Notes: generated by a model not told the origin, from the sequence alone. Shown: positions 28,420-42,067, numbered from the stretch's first letter. The stretch: 64,000 nt of DNA from Octopus sinensis (GCF_006345805.1 NC_042999.1:17856001-17920000), one strand, 5' to 3'. Numbers and translations: made by a program.

Positions 28420-29086
28420 AAACTTCAAGAAACAGTTCTCGTCAGATGAACGCATAGACTTCGAGCATAAAGGATAAAAATCAAACATCTAGTCGACATG
28501 ATTGTATTTGGGGTGATCACATGTAATGGCATGCTCTGCCTCTATTCATCTTCCCACATGGCTTCACACTCTACAAGTAGACCTATATCAAGTTCCTGGA
28601 GAAGATAGTGCTGCCCTTTGTCAAGAGGGACGCTACTGGAAACACCTGTGTCTGGCAATAGAACGCTGCACCATACCTCACAAGTAGGACAACACAGTCA
28701 TGGCTGTCAGGCAGTTTCTGCGGCTACAACTCTCGTGAAACCTGGCGACCTAACACCGTAGACTGCAACCTCCTTGTTTGTTATGTGTGGGGCGCATTTG
28801 ACCGTGAGACGAACAAAACTTGAAACACTAAAGATGAACTGAAGGGGTTTCGACAGCATTTACCAACTTTAACAAGGATACTATCCAAAAGAGCTGCAGG
28901 AGAAACCTATGTCGTCTGGAGGCTGTGGTTGAGGCCAATAGCGATTTTATTGAATAAATTTATTTTTTAGTATTTCAAGATATTTTTATATAATTTTGGT
29001 AAATATATGTGTTAAAATGAGATGTCAATGTTATATTCATTTTTGCGTAATTTAGACGACAAGATATTTACCACACACACCCTGTA
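28420..29086 (+). mobile_element. Tc1/mariner superfamily (maT/DD37D-like) transposase fossil, 3' part with TIR end
   Basis: Translates MIVFGVIT..PLFIFPHG..VLPFVKR..VWQ*NAAP..WRPNTVDCNLL..YVWG..LEAVVEAN with stops and frameshifts; ends CCCTGTA. Confidence 0.85.
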
Positions 29087-29601
29087 TGAATACACTATAT
29101 GAATTCAAATCTCAGTAAATGAGCAGCAACAGCAAGAAAGCAATTTAACTAATAATAAAACTCTGGGAAGGATACTTGAGAAATTTTTAGACTAACTACA
29201 TTTTGTAAAATATTTTGAAGAATATTTTTTTAAAGAATATATTTTAAAGAACATTTTTGGAATATGCAATTTCATTTCTGCAAAAAAAATTGTACACAAA
29301 TCGATGTCTGTCCAAAGCTCCAGTCTCTATTTCAGAAAATCTTTACAATAACCTGAAGCTATAATCTTAAGTACAAAAAAAAAACCCCAAACATTAATTG
29401 CTCTTAGTCACTATCTCAAAAGTCTAGCCATTAATTTATAACCCTAAACCTAAATCTAACCCTAAATACACATCACAACCATCGATGTTATTTCTCCTAA
29501 ATTCAATTCATTTACTTGGATGGAAAAATCTTCAAAATCAATTATATCATTTGATGGTAGATAACAAAAAAATGGGAAGCAATTTTAAACCTGTAAGATT
29601 T

Positions 29602-29653
<52 letters not shown>

Positions 29654-29656
29654 CAT

Positions 29657-29688
<32 letters not shown>

Positions 29689-29711
29689 CTGTGTGTGTAT
29701 AAATCCATGTG

Positions 29712-29876
29712 AGGTTTCTTCCAATTTCTGTCTACAAGGTCCACTCACAGGGCATCTAACCTCACCCGTGTATAACCCAAGGCAATAGTAAAGACACTTG
29801 TACAAGCTACCAAGAAGTGGAACTGAACAGGAAGCCATGTGTTTGGATGCAAGCTTCTTACTACACGAATACACCT
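29712..29876 (-). mobile_element. degenerate 5' half of SINE family 1
   Basis: ccactcacagggc..tagtaaagacacttgtacaag..gtggaactgaac matches the family 1 head and core. Confidence 0.75.
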
Positions 29877-30371
29877 TTACCTATAAATCAACTTTCCACA
29901 AAATAATTGTCAGTGATTATTGAAATATTAGGCAGATGCGAATGCTTAGTTAGATTGTCTATTGTTTAGAATGCTTGCGTCTAATCATAATAAAGCATCT
30001 AATATCGATAAGACGTCTATTATATTAAGGCGAACAAAACAACTAATCTAAGAAACAAATTTAGACGTTGCTACGTAGGACATCAACATACATAATAAGT
30101 GATGCCGAAACATTCTAACATCATCTCAGTAGACCCCAGAGAAACAAAGGGCGTCTAATATCTGCTGTCGTAATTTTGAAACGTGTAAGTTTGCAACAAA
30201 ATTCTAACACACTGTAATAAGACAGTATATCCGCATCGATCTAATACCAGGCAATAAATAGGACATCTGTTACTCTCTCGTTTTCTGTTTATTCTTGTCT
30301 GTCTGTCTCTGTTCTGTCTCTCTATCAGTGTACACACACTACATACAAAGATATATAGATAGATACATATG

Positions 30372-30413
<42 letters not shown>

Positions 30414-30569
30414 TAATAATATATATATATATATATTATATATATTTATTTATACATATACATATATGTTGACTTACACGTATGTATATATATATATATA
30501 AATAAATTATACGTGAATGTATATATAGATGTATATGTATATATCTATACGTGTGAATAAAAACACATC

Positions 30570-30686
30570 GATAGATAAATAGATAGACAGATAGACAGAT
30601 GGTTAGATCGATAGATAGATGGTTAGATAGATAGATAGATAGATAGATAATATATAGATAGACAGATAGATAGATAGATAGATAGC

Positions 30687-30724
<38 letters not shown>

Positions 30725-30741
30725 GTAGATAGATAGATAGA
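30570..30741 (+). repeat. (GATA)n array at the LINE 3' junction
   Basis: Direct reading, partly degenerate. Confidence 0.95.
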
Positions 30742-31119
30742 TATGTTTCTTTATTAGCCACACAGGCTGCACACAGATAGAACAAATTACAAGTAGAGCT
30801 TTTTTCTTTGAAGGTTTAAAAAAAAAAAAAAGGAAGGGGGAGTTTCGATCAAAAGGGATCGTAAAAGGAGAGAAAGAGGACAAAAAAAGGGGGGGTTAAA
30901 AAAAAAAAGGGAGAGAGGAAAAAAAATTGATCAATAGGGATCGTTATCACAGAAATGTCAATATGAAGTGTAAAGGGGAGGACAGGTGAGGTTTACCCGT
31001 GGAAAGAAAAGCCTACGGAAAAGACCACGGTAACCTCGGTCAATGAAGTCACATTTTATATTTCTTTTTTTTTTTTTTTTTTTTGCAAATAAGCAACTCT
31101 CTGTTTTCGATTTCTGGGT

Positions 31120-34100
31120 TCATAGGACTATGCTCAAGGTGGCTTCGTCATTCATACGTGCCATTCTTGCTACATCACCCATCTTTTTTTAAAACATTCG
31201 CTAGACAAAACTTGCCTCTCTACTCACATTCCTTTTCAAGTGGTACTTGAAGAAGTTGATGAGAGATTGACCAGAGAGGAAAGTGTTTGTCTCCATCCTT
31301 TCAGACGCGTCCACCAGATACATTCTTTCGCCATAGCCACAAGGATGATGAAAATAGCTCTTCCTTCCCGTTTGAAGGAAGGAGGCGTGACAATATTGAC
31401 GATAGACTCAGCTGATAAACCGACTCGTCCCACACGTGACAGCAGTTGTTCGACATAAGCCCAAAGGTCGGAAATTGTTGGACACTGAACGAGTGCGTGC
31501 AGAACGGGTTCGTCGCTCTGACCGCATCTCGGGCAGGTCGGCCCCGTGTTTCTCGAGCCGTGTCTGTAGAGTTATCCCGAACGGGTAGCGCTTCTCGGTA
31601 GCACTGCCAGGCCAGGATCTCTGGAAGTTGTCCATGGGCCCTGGCCCGAAAGTCGTCCCGAACAGGCGGGTCAGGTACTCCTCGTCGACGTCCAGGTTCG
31701 CCCCGAGCTCGTCGTCGTACCTCCCCTCCACTAAACCCCTATAGAATGCTTGGTTGTGTTGAAGTCACTTAAGGTCGACCCAGGACGGCAGAGTTGCTTG
31801 AGAGCAACGCGACACTCGCGGTGCCATTCGCCCTTCCTCGGCCTCTTTTTGATCCACGACTGCAGTTCGGTCATGGAGACGAGCTGCGGGAAAGCGTGCC
31901 TCACAAACGGCGACACAACTGTTCACCGTCGTCTACATAGAGCCAGAGATGTCGCAGTCTCATCGCGTGTCTGCGCATCATCAACCACGGCATGCCCAGC
32001 CCTCCTTTTAACGGCTGTTGACAGCAATGGATCGCCTGACCATCGGGACGCATCCTTCCACAAGAAGCGAAAGAGGATGCGTTGTAGTTTGGTGATGGTA
32101 GGGTCGGGACAAGGTACGACGGTCAGGCGGTAGTAGATGACGGACGCGATGTACGTGTTCGCCACCTCCGCTCGACCTTTTAGGGACAGTTTCCTCTCGG
32201 CCCATTGCCGGGCGAGAGTAACCACCCTACTCGTTATCTCGTTCCAGTTCTTCTCCACTTGGAGGTCCGGACCAAACCAGACCCCGAGCAACTCAACCGG
32301 GCCGTCGGTCCAGTGTCCCACGACGGAGGCGCTGGTGGACGGCATGGGCTTGCTTCTCCAGGTGCCTAGTCGCAAGCCCACTGATTTTCCCGGTTGATTT
32401 TCGCTCCTGTCACCGCTTCGTAGTTTTTCAGTGTCTCGCCGACCAGCTCGATGTGCTCGTGGCTAGACACTATGACGGTGACGTCGTCCGCGTATGCAGA
32501 CACGCTCGTCCCGCATCCCAATTCTCCCGGATGCCCCTTAGATCGCCAGCTTCCGCAGTAGTGGCTCAAGAGTCAATACGTATAGAAGCGCCGAGAGGGG
32601 GGCATCCTGACGGACCGAACGTGCAATGTCGAAAGGTCTCGATAGATGTCCATTTACGCGAATTACCGAACGGATGCCTCTGTACAAGGCAGCTATCCAG
32701 CCGCGGAAGACGACGGGCCCGAACCAGCCGCTCTCAGGACTGCCTCCAAGTATCGATGTCACCCTATCAAAGGCTTTCGATTGATCCAAGTTGATCAGGG
32801 CCCCACCCATGCCAGGTTCGTTAACTACCCTGTCTATGATGTAGCGCATCAGATGGAGGTTGTCATGGATGGTCCGGCCTGGACGGCGCATGTTTGCGCC
32901 TTGTCGACCAGTTTCTCGATGACAAGCGCCAACCTCTTGGCTAGCACCTTGGCCAAAATTTTCAAGTCTGCATTAAGCAGAGTGATGGGCCTAAAGTTAT
33001 CTATTACATTTCCTTGTTTAGATCTTTCTTCAGCAGTGTTACGGCTCCTCGGCTCACAAAACCAGGAATGCTCCCGTTTTGCTGCCAGTTGCAGTACACC
33101 GCCGCCAAGCGATCTCCAAACAAGTCTGGCATACAATTGTAAAGCTCGTAGGGTAGACCATCCAAACCCGGTGATTTGTCCCTCGAGCATTCTGCCATCG
33201 CTTCCCGCACTTCCGCCGCCGTGATGGCACCTTCGCAGCACCCTGCCTTTCTTGTCGAGAGTCGTGGTAGGCTATGTAGGTAGGCACTGAAGTCCACCCT
33301 ACGTTCTTGCCCTCCACTCGTTCCTAACAGTCGGGCAAAATGCTGCTGAAAGGCCTCACACATTTTACTTGGCTCGAGCAATTCGCGCCCCTGTTCATCT
33401 AACAGTGACCGAATGGTGGCTTTGTTGCCCTGTTGCGCCTCTGCCACCCGGGCCTCTCTCGCGGCTCCAACCTTCGTTCCTTAGAGCACGCATCCTAGCT
33501 CTGACAGCACATCCTTCGTGTTTGGCGTTGAAGTGTTGGTCGAGGCCAACCTCGCCGCCAAAACGTCGGATGCGATGCCGCTTCTAATTGCCTCTTCTAG
33601 CTTCTTAACTAGCTCACCCTCTACTCTATTTCTATCTATGGCTAGTGCTTTGCTGTACCTAATCGCTTCTGCTTTTACTGCTCTCTTGAGGGCAAACCAC
33701 CATTTGTTGTTGATGATGGCTCCCGTCAAAGCCCTCTTTACTAGTGTGCTAATCCGGTCTCTGAAAACTTGTCTCGATGGGAAAGACGCGTTTAGTTTCC
33801 AGTATCCGGGACCCTGCCTAAGTGTCTTACCTAAGTCTAGCGTACATGTCACAAGTTTGTGATCCGTGTAGCTGACTATGTGGAATTGTGGACATCCTAT
33901 GCTATCTCTATCTACTGTCCTACACAGTATCCTATCTAGATACGATCTCGAAGACCCGATGCGGTTGCTCCATGTCCACGTTGGCGCATTCGGGTGGTCT
34001 AGTCGGAACCTGTCAGACAGTTGAAAGCGTCTGAGCAGGTCTCTGAGGCATTTGCATCCCCGTCTATTCCTATCTCTACCCACGTAGTCTACATGCGTGT

Positions 34101-34536
34101 CCAAGGTAGCATTCCAATCCCCCACTAAGAGTAAAGGACGAGACGTTCCCAAGAAAACTTCTAGACGTTGAAAGAAATCCGCCCGACCTGTTAAAGGCGG
34201 TGCGTAAACTGATACGAGTCGAAAAGCGCACCCATTGCTGCCGTCGACATCCGGACGACCAGTCTACCCTCCGGTCTACGAATATTGTCCTTACATTGAG
34301 ATCCAGACTCTTGTGAAAAAGTACCGCGGTGCCACTACCGCCCATTCTCGGCAGACAGGGGGAAAAATAAATGTTGAACTGTCCGCCAACATGGTCTTTA
34401 GGGCCCGCGGATTGTGGAGTCTGGTCTCGCTTATGGCTATGATTTCTAACTTATGTGACTTTATGTCATTTAAGAGGTACCCTTGTTTCCAAGGGGACCC
34501 CAAGCCACGCGCATTTACAACACCAATCTTGATCAT
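31120..34536 (-). pseudogene. ORF2: APE endonuclease + reverse transcriptase + C-terminal zinc finger (frameshifted as assembled)
   Basis: MIKIGVVNARGL, ISETRL, LVGDWNA, SYLDRIL, SYTDHKLV, WKLN; RT motifs FRPITLLNADLKILAK, LDQSKAFDRV, RQ(G/D)-PLS, YADD (32483-32494); CPRC..H..C near 31500. Confidence 0.95.
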
Positions 34537-34567
34537 AGTTCTAATGAATTAGAATACAGAGGGTTAC

Positions 34568-36563
34568 TTACTGCTCGAAAGTTTTTGCTTTCTCCTCCGT
34601 TGGTTTGTCCTCGAGAAGATCCCAGTACAGTTTCTTTGTGAGATATTTTTGGCATTTACCAACCGCACTGGGGAAAATGCCTTTGAGTGTGTGGTGCAGA
34701 CTTTTGGAGATGTGTAATATTTTGATGTGGTCTGGTGGTGTTGTGTATGGGTGATTGTTTGTTTTTACGTCATCTTGTGTTATGTTTGTTTTTGATTGGA
34801 TGTATTCCATCAAATTTGTGTTTTTGGTGTCTATGGCTGTGAGCATGTTTGCTGTATATGTTTTTGTGGCGTTGGTGTGGCTGTTGTTTGCGTTGGGTTT
34901 TGAAATGTCTTCGGGAGATGTATTTCCCCCTGCTTTGTTCGTGTTTGCATTTGGTTTGGTTGTGTTTCTGCTCTTTATTTTCCTTCTTTTTGTAGCTATT
35001 TGCCATTCCTCACTGGTTTCGTCTTCCGACGAAATTTCAGGGATCAGAAGAGGTTAGGGGTATGTTGTGGGCTTCTATGTATGTCTGTGTAAGTGGTTGT
35101 GTGGTTGTTTTCGTTGTTGTTGGTTGTTGAGTGTTTGTGTGTGTTGAGTGCGGTATAAGGGATGGGGGATCAGTTTGTGTGTGTTTTCTTTGTTTTTCTG
35201 TTCCTTTGGGTTTTGCTGTTGATGGTGGTGTTGGTATTTTTTCAGGTGTCGAGTGTTTTTGGTTGATGACGGATTAGCTTGGTGTGCTTCTCTTGTCGTC
35301 TTCTGTGTTGATGGTGGTGTGGGTAGTAGAGCTTTTTTTCCGGAGTGCTTTGGTTGTGGTAGTGGTTGTTGTTGTTGCTCTTGGTGTGCAGTGGTTGGGC
35401 ACGTCTTTTTCAAGTGTGTTTCGCTTCCACACAAATAGCAGCGTGGTCGCCTGCCCTCTACCACTATATAGAGTTTGTAGCCTCCTGGCAGTTCTATAGC
35501 GGTGGGTATCTTCTCTCTTGCTGCTTCATCCAATTGAAGCAGGATTCGATTGATTTGCCCACATAGTCTTTCTCTCCTAGAACCGCGATTTCCAGGATGT
35601 TTGTCTCTGACATTGTCTCTGACATTTCAAAGCAGATGGCAGAGACCAACCATTGTGTTTCGACATCAAATGGTATGTTTTTTTTATTTGGACTTTCGTG
35701 ACCCTTTTGTTTAAATAGACTGGTATCATTACCAAGTCGTCCGAATGCAGCTCCAATGTGGAAAAACGTTTTGCTAAACTTTCGTTGAGGAAACGTACTT
35801 GGACTGTACCAAATTTGTTCCCCCAACTGATATATTCCTTGGAGTCCCATGCAGGACGAAGGCATTTATCGGTTTTTTCCTGCGGTGCATATTCTGTTCT
35901 TCTTGTTTTTTTGTTTATTACTTTATAATTATTGCTTTTTTTTGTGTGTTTTCCACGATGTGTTGTGGAATATGAAGGTGCAATTTGTCTCCTTCTTGGA
36001 GAAGAGTGCCTTTGTGCGGTTTATCTCTTGTGTGGTGAATGTTACAATTGTTCTTTTTTGTTTTTTACGTCCGCAAAATTCGTTTTGAATTTGGCAGTAG
36101 AAGTGTTAATTGTGGCAGTGTTAATTGAGTCATGGTAGTGGTGTTGGTTGGCGGTATTAGCAGCAGAAGGCTTGGATGTAGCATTTGACGTCGTAGTAGT
36201 GGTGTTGGTGTTGGCGGTGTTGTCTTTGGTAGGCGGCTTTGTGCCAATTTCGTTGTTGTTGTTGGTGGTGGTGATGGTGGTGGTGCTGGCATTCATGTTT
36301 TCGTTTGTATTCATTTTTGAAATCCCTTTCTCTGTCCCTTTATCATCAACAAGTGGTGTGGGGAGTGAGGGGAAATCTAAGTTAATGTCTTTGGTCGCGG
36401 CGATGGTGAATGCGACGTTAGATTTGTTGTTGTTGTTGTTGGTGGTGGTGATGGTGGTGACAGCGGTGTTCACGCTGCGATGTTTAGCAGCTAGTGGTAG
36501 CAATAGTGTTTTGCTACCGTTCTGCATGACTGGCGGGCTAGCCCCGTGGTTTCTAGTTGCCAT
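34568..36563 (-). pseudogene. ORF1: nucleic-acid-binding protein with CX2CX4HX4C knuckle (frameshifted as assembled)
   Basis: ATG at 36563; CYLCGSETHLKKTC in ORF 35075-35533; low-complexity T/N and Q-rich linkers; stop at 34568-34570. Confidence 0.85.
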
Positions 36564-36785
36564 TTTCAAAATGAAAAATGGCTAAAAAAACCCACGAAAG
36601 TTTTGAAAGTTTTTTTGTAATTTCGCCCATACAGGGGCGGAATGCTACGTGAATAATTCTCAGGTTTTTTAGTGAATGAACTTGCACAACGATTAAAACA
36701 AAATATTTGACAACAAGGAGTTTTAAACATGTAAAAGTGGCCAACTTACGTGGAGCCGATATGACTAGCGTCCGTCCATTGTGAG

Positions 36786-36803
36786 AGATAGATAGATAGA
36801 TAG

Positions 36804-36845
<42 letters not shown>
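36786..36845 (+). repeat. (GATA)n array at the LINE 5' junction
   Basis: Direct reading. Confidence 0.95.
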
Positions 36846-36846
<1 letters not shown>

Positions 36847-38884
36847 GAGAACGTTGATTAAAACTAATGAAACCGCAGATCTTGTGGTAAGTGTGAGGAA
36901 TAAGACATTACTTGAACATATTGCCGACTTTGTTACCGATTAGGCGAGTTTAATTAACTTTTTCTTGGTCCCATGTGAGCGCGTGATTGATGATTATCCG
37001 TGCTTGTTGCACTAAAAATACTGTATGGAATTTGACATTTAGCTTTCGGGTATTTGAGAATTTAATATCGCTCATTTAAACTAATTACTCCCATTTCATT
37101 AACTTCGCTATGATTTATCCTTGTTTCTATTTGTTAACATTTAACATTTTCGCTTTTAATTACTCCCCTCTCATGACAAATTTTAATTTAAATTCAATTA
37201 GAATTAGATTATTTAGTCATATATAAGATGTCTTAGTTTTAGTTATTTACCGTTGATATATCATTTCACTAATCAACTTTATTCTCTAACACCACTTAAT
37301 TCTTTAAGTTTTCACTAGTATCTTCCTTTATTCCTGGTTCGTATAATCATGTATATTCAAGGAAAATGTGTGTTTCGTTAGCCATCTTGAATAGTTGTAA
37401 AGTTTCAGCACCTGGATATTACCGCAAAAGTTTGAAATTTTGAACAAGTGCTGTATATCTATAACGTTCTATCAATCTACAAACTAATGCGCGTGCAAAC
37501 ACAGATGTATGTGTGTGTGTGAGTGTGTGTGTAATTATTCAGATTTATTCCAATATTTCTTGCCAATGAAGGGCCGGTTTCCAAGTTTCTAATCTAGGTC
37601 CCAGAATCCATCATTGGAATTTCAACATGAACAACAGGGTATTTTTGTTTCTTTATATCTATGTATATGTGCAGATGTGCATGTTTACGTATGCATGTAT
37701 GTATGTATACATATATATGTGCGTGTGTGTATATATATATATATACAGAGAGAGAAAGATATGGAGAGGAAGGTAGACAGATGTATAAACATACATACAC
37801 AAACACACACATACACAAATAAACACAATCACGTATTCCAGAAGAGATCGAGGCAGTGAGAATTTTTCAGGGGACATATTCTAGAGCGCGTTCTCGAAAC
37901 CTATTGTTAAAGTAACTAGGACTATAATCACAAATACATGAGGAAAGGTATATTGTTAGCACATAAGGAAACGTGCTGCTGCTACAGATGCACTACCCAC
38001 CTATACATCCAACAATACAGAAAGCGAGTTTCCTGATTGGTTTCAATTCACTCATGGAAGTACGTCGGCATCTGGCACATAAGCAAGTTTTACCGTAAAT
38101 ATAAAGGTCTGGTCTTCCATAGGAATTCTTTGCTTATTATATATGTACTTAGGAGGTTTCTTCCCCACAGACAATCCTCATCGCATCATATTTTGTTTCA
38201 CCCTATTCGCACACATGTTACTCATAAATACTGAATTACATCATTTGAAGAGCGTTGCTCCCAACCCAGTGAATTCATATACCTTATTTGTCTGTCCTGA
38301 AGGTAAAATGCTTACGTGTAAAGCTCCAATACGGCTATCACTCAATGCAATTCAGCGGTTTCAATGGTTTATCGTTTCCTCTAAATCCATAACTGATAGA
38401 GACACACACACAGAAAAAATACGAGCAAGAACATAAAAATATATACAGATGTGTATTTCACTCACATACAGATATACATAAGTACATGCATACATATTGG
38501 AGTTCTGGGTTACGTAACACACTGCCTAAATATCAATTTTGAGAAATGAGGCTTCTGAAAAACCAGAGAGGAGAAAGCTAATCCCGAGACTACAGATCCG
38601 TTCTATGAATGGAACTCTGTAAAAATCTGTAAAATTTTCCAGATATTTATCATATAAATAAATATGTGGACGTCTAGATATGCAACTATATGCATGAGAA
38701 TACATACATAAAGTTAAGCAAATCATACAAATCTGCATATATACATACATACAATCGAACATACATACATACATACAAATATACCATGTTCTTGATGTTG
38801 AAATTTCAATGAAGGAACCTTGGATCTAGGTTAGACTTCGGCTCTTTCTCTCTTGGCAAGAGATCTGGGAATAAAACTGAACAA

Positions 38885-38941
38885 TGACATACATACATAC
38901 ATACATACATACATACATACATACATACATACATACATACA

Positions 38942-38970
<29 letters not shown>
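38885..38970 (+). repeat. (ACAT)n tetranucleotide repeat
   Basis: Direct reading. Confidence 0.95.
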
Positions 38971-38977
<7 letters not shown>

Positions 38978-40111
38978 TGCATTGTATGAAGATACATATG
39001 CATGTATTTATTTTCTGTTTTGAACTGAATTTACTTAAACGCAAATTAATCTGTAATAAAAGTATCCTCCGAAATATCGTATATCGTATATTAACTTTGT
39101 TATATTATATCTAAAAAGACGTATTTCAGTAGGAATTGACATAGAAATTACCAGTCAAGCTTCATACAAATATATATATGTACATACACACCCTCCGCCA
39201 ATACGTGTCCAGCATTGAATAAGGCTTGTTCGCGACCAATTCGAATATTAAATTTACGAGGCTCTTTATGTGTGTCGACGATCGAAATTGACAGTAATGG
39301 TTTTACACACTATATCAGCAATATATTAATGTTGGCCATTATTTATGGGTAATCCAGTTAATATCTTATACGGTGCAGGATATTTATAGCAATAATGGTC
39401 AAGACATTCATTATATTTTTAATAATATTTGTCACATGGCACTTATTGATTGAGATGTCAAGAATGCAATAGGTACACATTCATTACTTAGAAAAACTTC
39501 AACAAAATCACAAACAGAGAAACGGAGTATAAATCCATTACGAGTCTATATAACATAGAAATGGTAAAGAGTACTTAAGTATTATTTTCTTCAGCATGGA
39601 AGGACAATCTTACACGGATCATTTAAGACGTCTCATAAAATCTGATGTTGGAATATATCATTCTGGCTTTAGATATGATCCTGAATCCAATAAACTCATA
39701 CAATGGCTATAATTTGATTTGGGTTTTTAGGTTAAGGCGGAGCTTAAAACTTGCAAATTATCAAATGATCGATATTCCGAGTGATTATCGTACGTGAAAG
39801 GAGAAACAGAACTATGCCTTCCTTGTTGGTACCTATTTGCTGGTAAAAGCGACAATGTAAACAAAAATAATACTATGATTCTAATAACAGTAGCTGATAA
39901 TATACACAGGATATCAGAGATTTGAAAGAAGATGATTTGTCGATTATTATCGATTTCAATGCTTCACTGTGGTTCATTTTATCAACCCTAGAAAGATAAT
40001 TGGCAAAGCGAATATCATTGGTGTTACAAGCTCAAACATAGAGATAGAACAAACAGCGCAAAGCATTTTGTCTGACGCATTAATATATTTGTCAATGCAC
40101 AGTCAATACTA

Positions 40112-40206
40112 CTGTTAATAACTCTATTTTTCATGTAGTAGGAATAGAAGTAGTAGTGGTAGTAGTAGCAGCAGCAGCAGTGGTATTATTATTATTAGTA
40201 GTAGTA

Positions 40207-40254
<48 letters not shown>

Positions 40255-40356
40255 AGAAAACACAAGACCAAAAAATAAGATAGTGAAAGTGAGATGAAAT
40301 TTCTTGCACCACCCACACTGTTGTTAATAGCTGTATTGTTCATGTAGTAGGAGTAT

Positions 40357-40405
<49 letters not shown>

Positions 40406-40494
40406 TGTAGTAGTAGTAGTAGTAGTAGCCCTAGTAGTAGTATTAGTAGTGGTAGCAGTAGCAGTAGCAGCAGTAGTAGTAGTAGTAGTAGTGC

Positions 40495-40536
<42 letters not shown>

Positions 40537-40608
40537 TAGTAGTAGTAGTAGTAGTAGTAGTAATAGTAGTAGTAGTAGTAGTAGCAGCAACAGTATCACT
40601 AGTAATAA

Positions 40609-40653
<45 letters not shown>

Positions 40654-40703
40654 AAAACACAAGACCAAGAAAGTGAAAGTGATTGTAAGATGAAGTTTCT
40701 TGC
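40112..40703. repeat. tandem duplication of an (AGT)n array with unique flanks
   Basis: Two units: ttcatgtagtagga-(AGT)n-agaaaacacaagaccaa..gtgaaagtga..tttcttgca. Confidence 0.85.
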
Positions 40704-41584
40704 AACTGGAAAAATTATTACAAAACAGCAATTTTGTATCTAGTAAGGCGCATAGCAGATAAAAAAGAACACGAGTGTGATCCGTGTAATGATAATATTT
40801 TTTTTTTTAAATGTTCATATAGATGAAAACAGTATACTGAATCTGGAAACTAAGTACACTGAAGTAAAACATTTTGGAAAATACATGCAACAGCAGTCGT
40901 AAAAAATGTGAACAAGATAGAAAATCCATACGGAAAAATGGCGAGAGTGAAATAATAACACTGCATTGTCTACAGACCGTACGACTCGACACAGAAAAAC
41001 ATTAAAACATAATGAAAGACAATAATTGATAAAAAGCTCTTGTCAGAAACCAGAAATATATTGCATGATTATTTTGCGTGGTGGGAGAAATGCCTGAACT
41101 TAAAACATAACAGAAATATAGCAATAAGACAAAGAAACTAACATCGGATTCAGTGTTTACAAACAGTACAAAGTGACAATTGACTGCTTCATTTCCTTGT
41201 GCCGTGTTTTTGCCAAGTCTAATTATATTTATAGACAGAAATATGTCTATAGCTGTGACAATGTCGAACGTTATTCAATTTCATACATACTGAACCGCAT
41301 TGAAAGCACTTAACTTACACATCGATAACTGGTGTAGTATACGTATTCGTTTAGTCCCGTTATTAGGATACAGCATGCAATGAAAACGATGAAACGAAGT
41401 GAAAACACAACAGGACTGCTATCGAAATATATATTGTAAACACAGTGAAATACCAACGGATGGCGGGACACCTAACGTAGAACGTCACTATAATTCTGTA
41501 AGTAAATGCTCTCTCATTTAGGTACAGTATATGATTCTGGTTTTGTGAATAAAATAAATTTCTATCTCGAAAGCCAATTTTACC

Positions 41585-42067
41585 TACCGTAAATCCTCGA
41601 GTATAATTCGCATTTTTTTTAAAGAAGTCAAAATTCAAGAAGTTAAAATCCCAAGTGCGTACTATATACCAGGTCAAAAATGAAAATTATTTTCTAAGCA
41701 ATGTCCGAGTCTTTATTTGCTGTCCGGACGCATTTTATGATGTCGGGCGCGAAAATACCTTAAATCATCCATAACTTGCAGTTAGCAACATTTATTAAAC
41801 GTTATTACTGTTATTTCGTTATTATCTGCAAACAAAATGCACAAAAAAGCTACAGGTTTGCATTGTGTTATATATACAATAATAATAATAATAAAGGAGG
41901 TTACAGTATACATTTTTACAAACCAAGGACGTTATACAGACCTCCTTGACTCAAGTTAGAGAAGGGGTGCGCATTGTACACAAGGTTTAGGTTTTTCAGA
42001 GGTATAGCCCCTAAAATTCCCCAGCGTATTATTCTCAAGGGTGGAGTATACTCGAGGATTTACGGTA
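41585..42067. mobile_element. pogo/Tigger-like MITE
   Basis: Perfect 21-bp TIR TACCGTAAATCCTCGAGTATA / TATACTCGAGGATTTACGGTA, TA termini. Confidence 0.9.

Larger units (their letters stand above)
30742..36783 (-). mobile_element. full-length Tx1/L1-group non-LTR retrotransposon
   Basis: 5'UTR ~220 bp, ORF1 with gag-like CCHC knuckle, 31-nt spacer, ORF2 APE-RT-CCHC, 3'UTR with AATAAA (tttatt at 30750-30755); flanked on both sides by (GATA)n. Confidence 0.95.

Noticed and set aside
31236-36585. Plus-strand ORFs overlapping the LINE
   Set aside because: Antisense shadows of the GC-richer retrotransposon coding sequence
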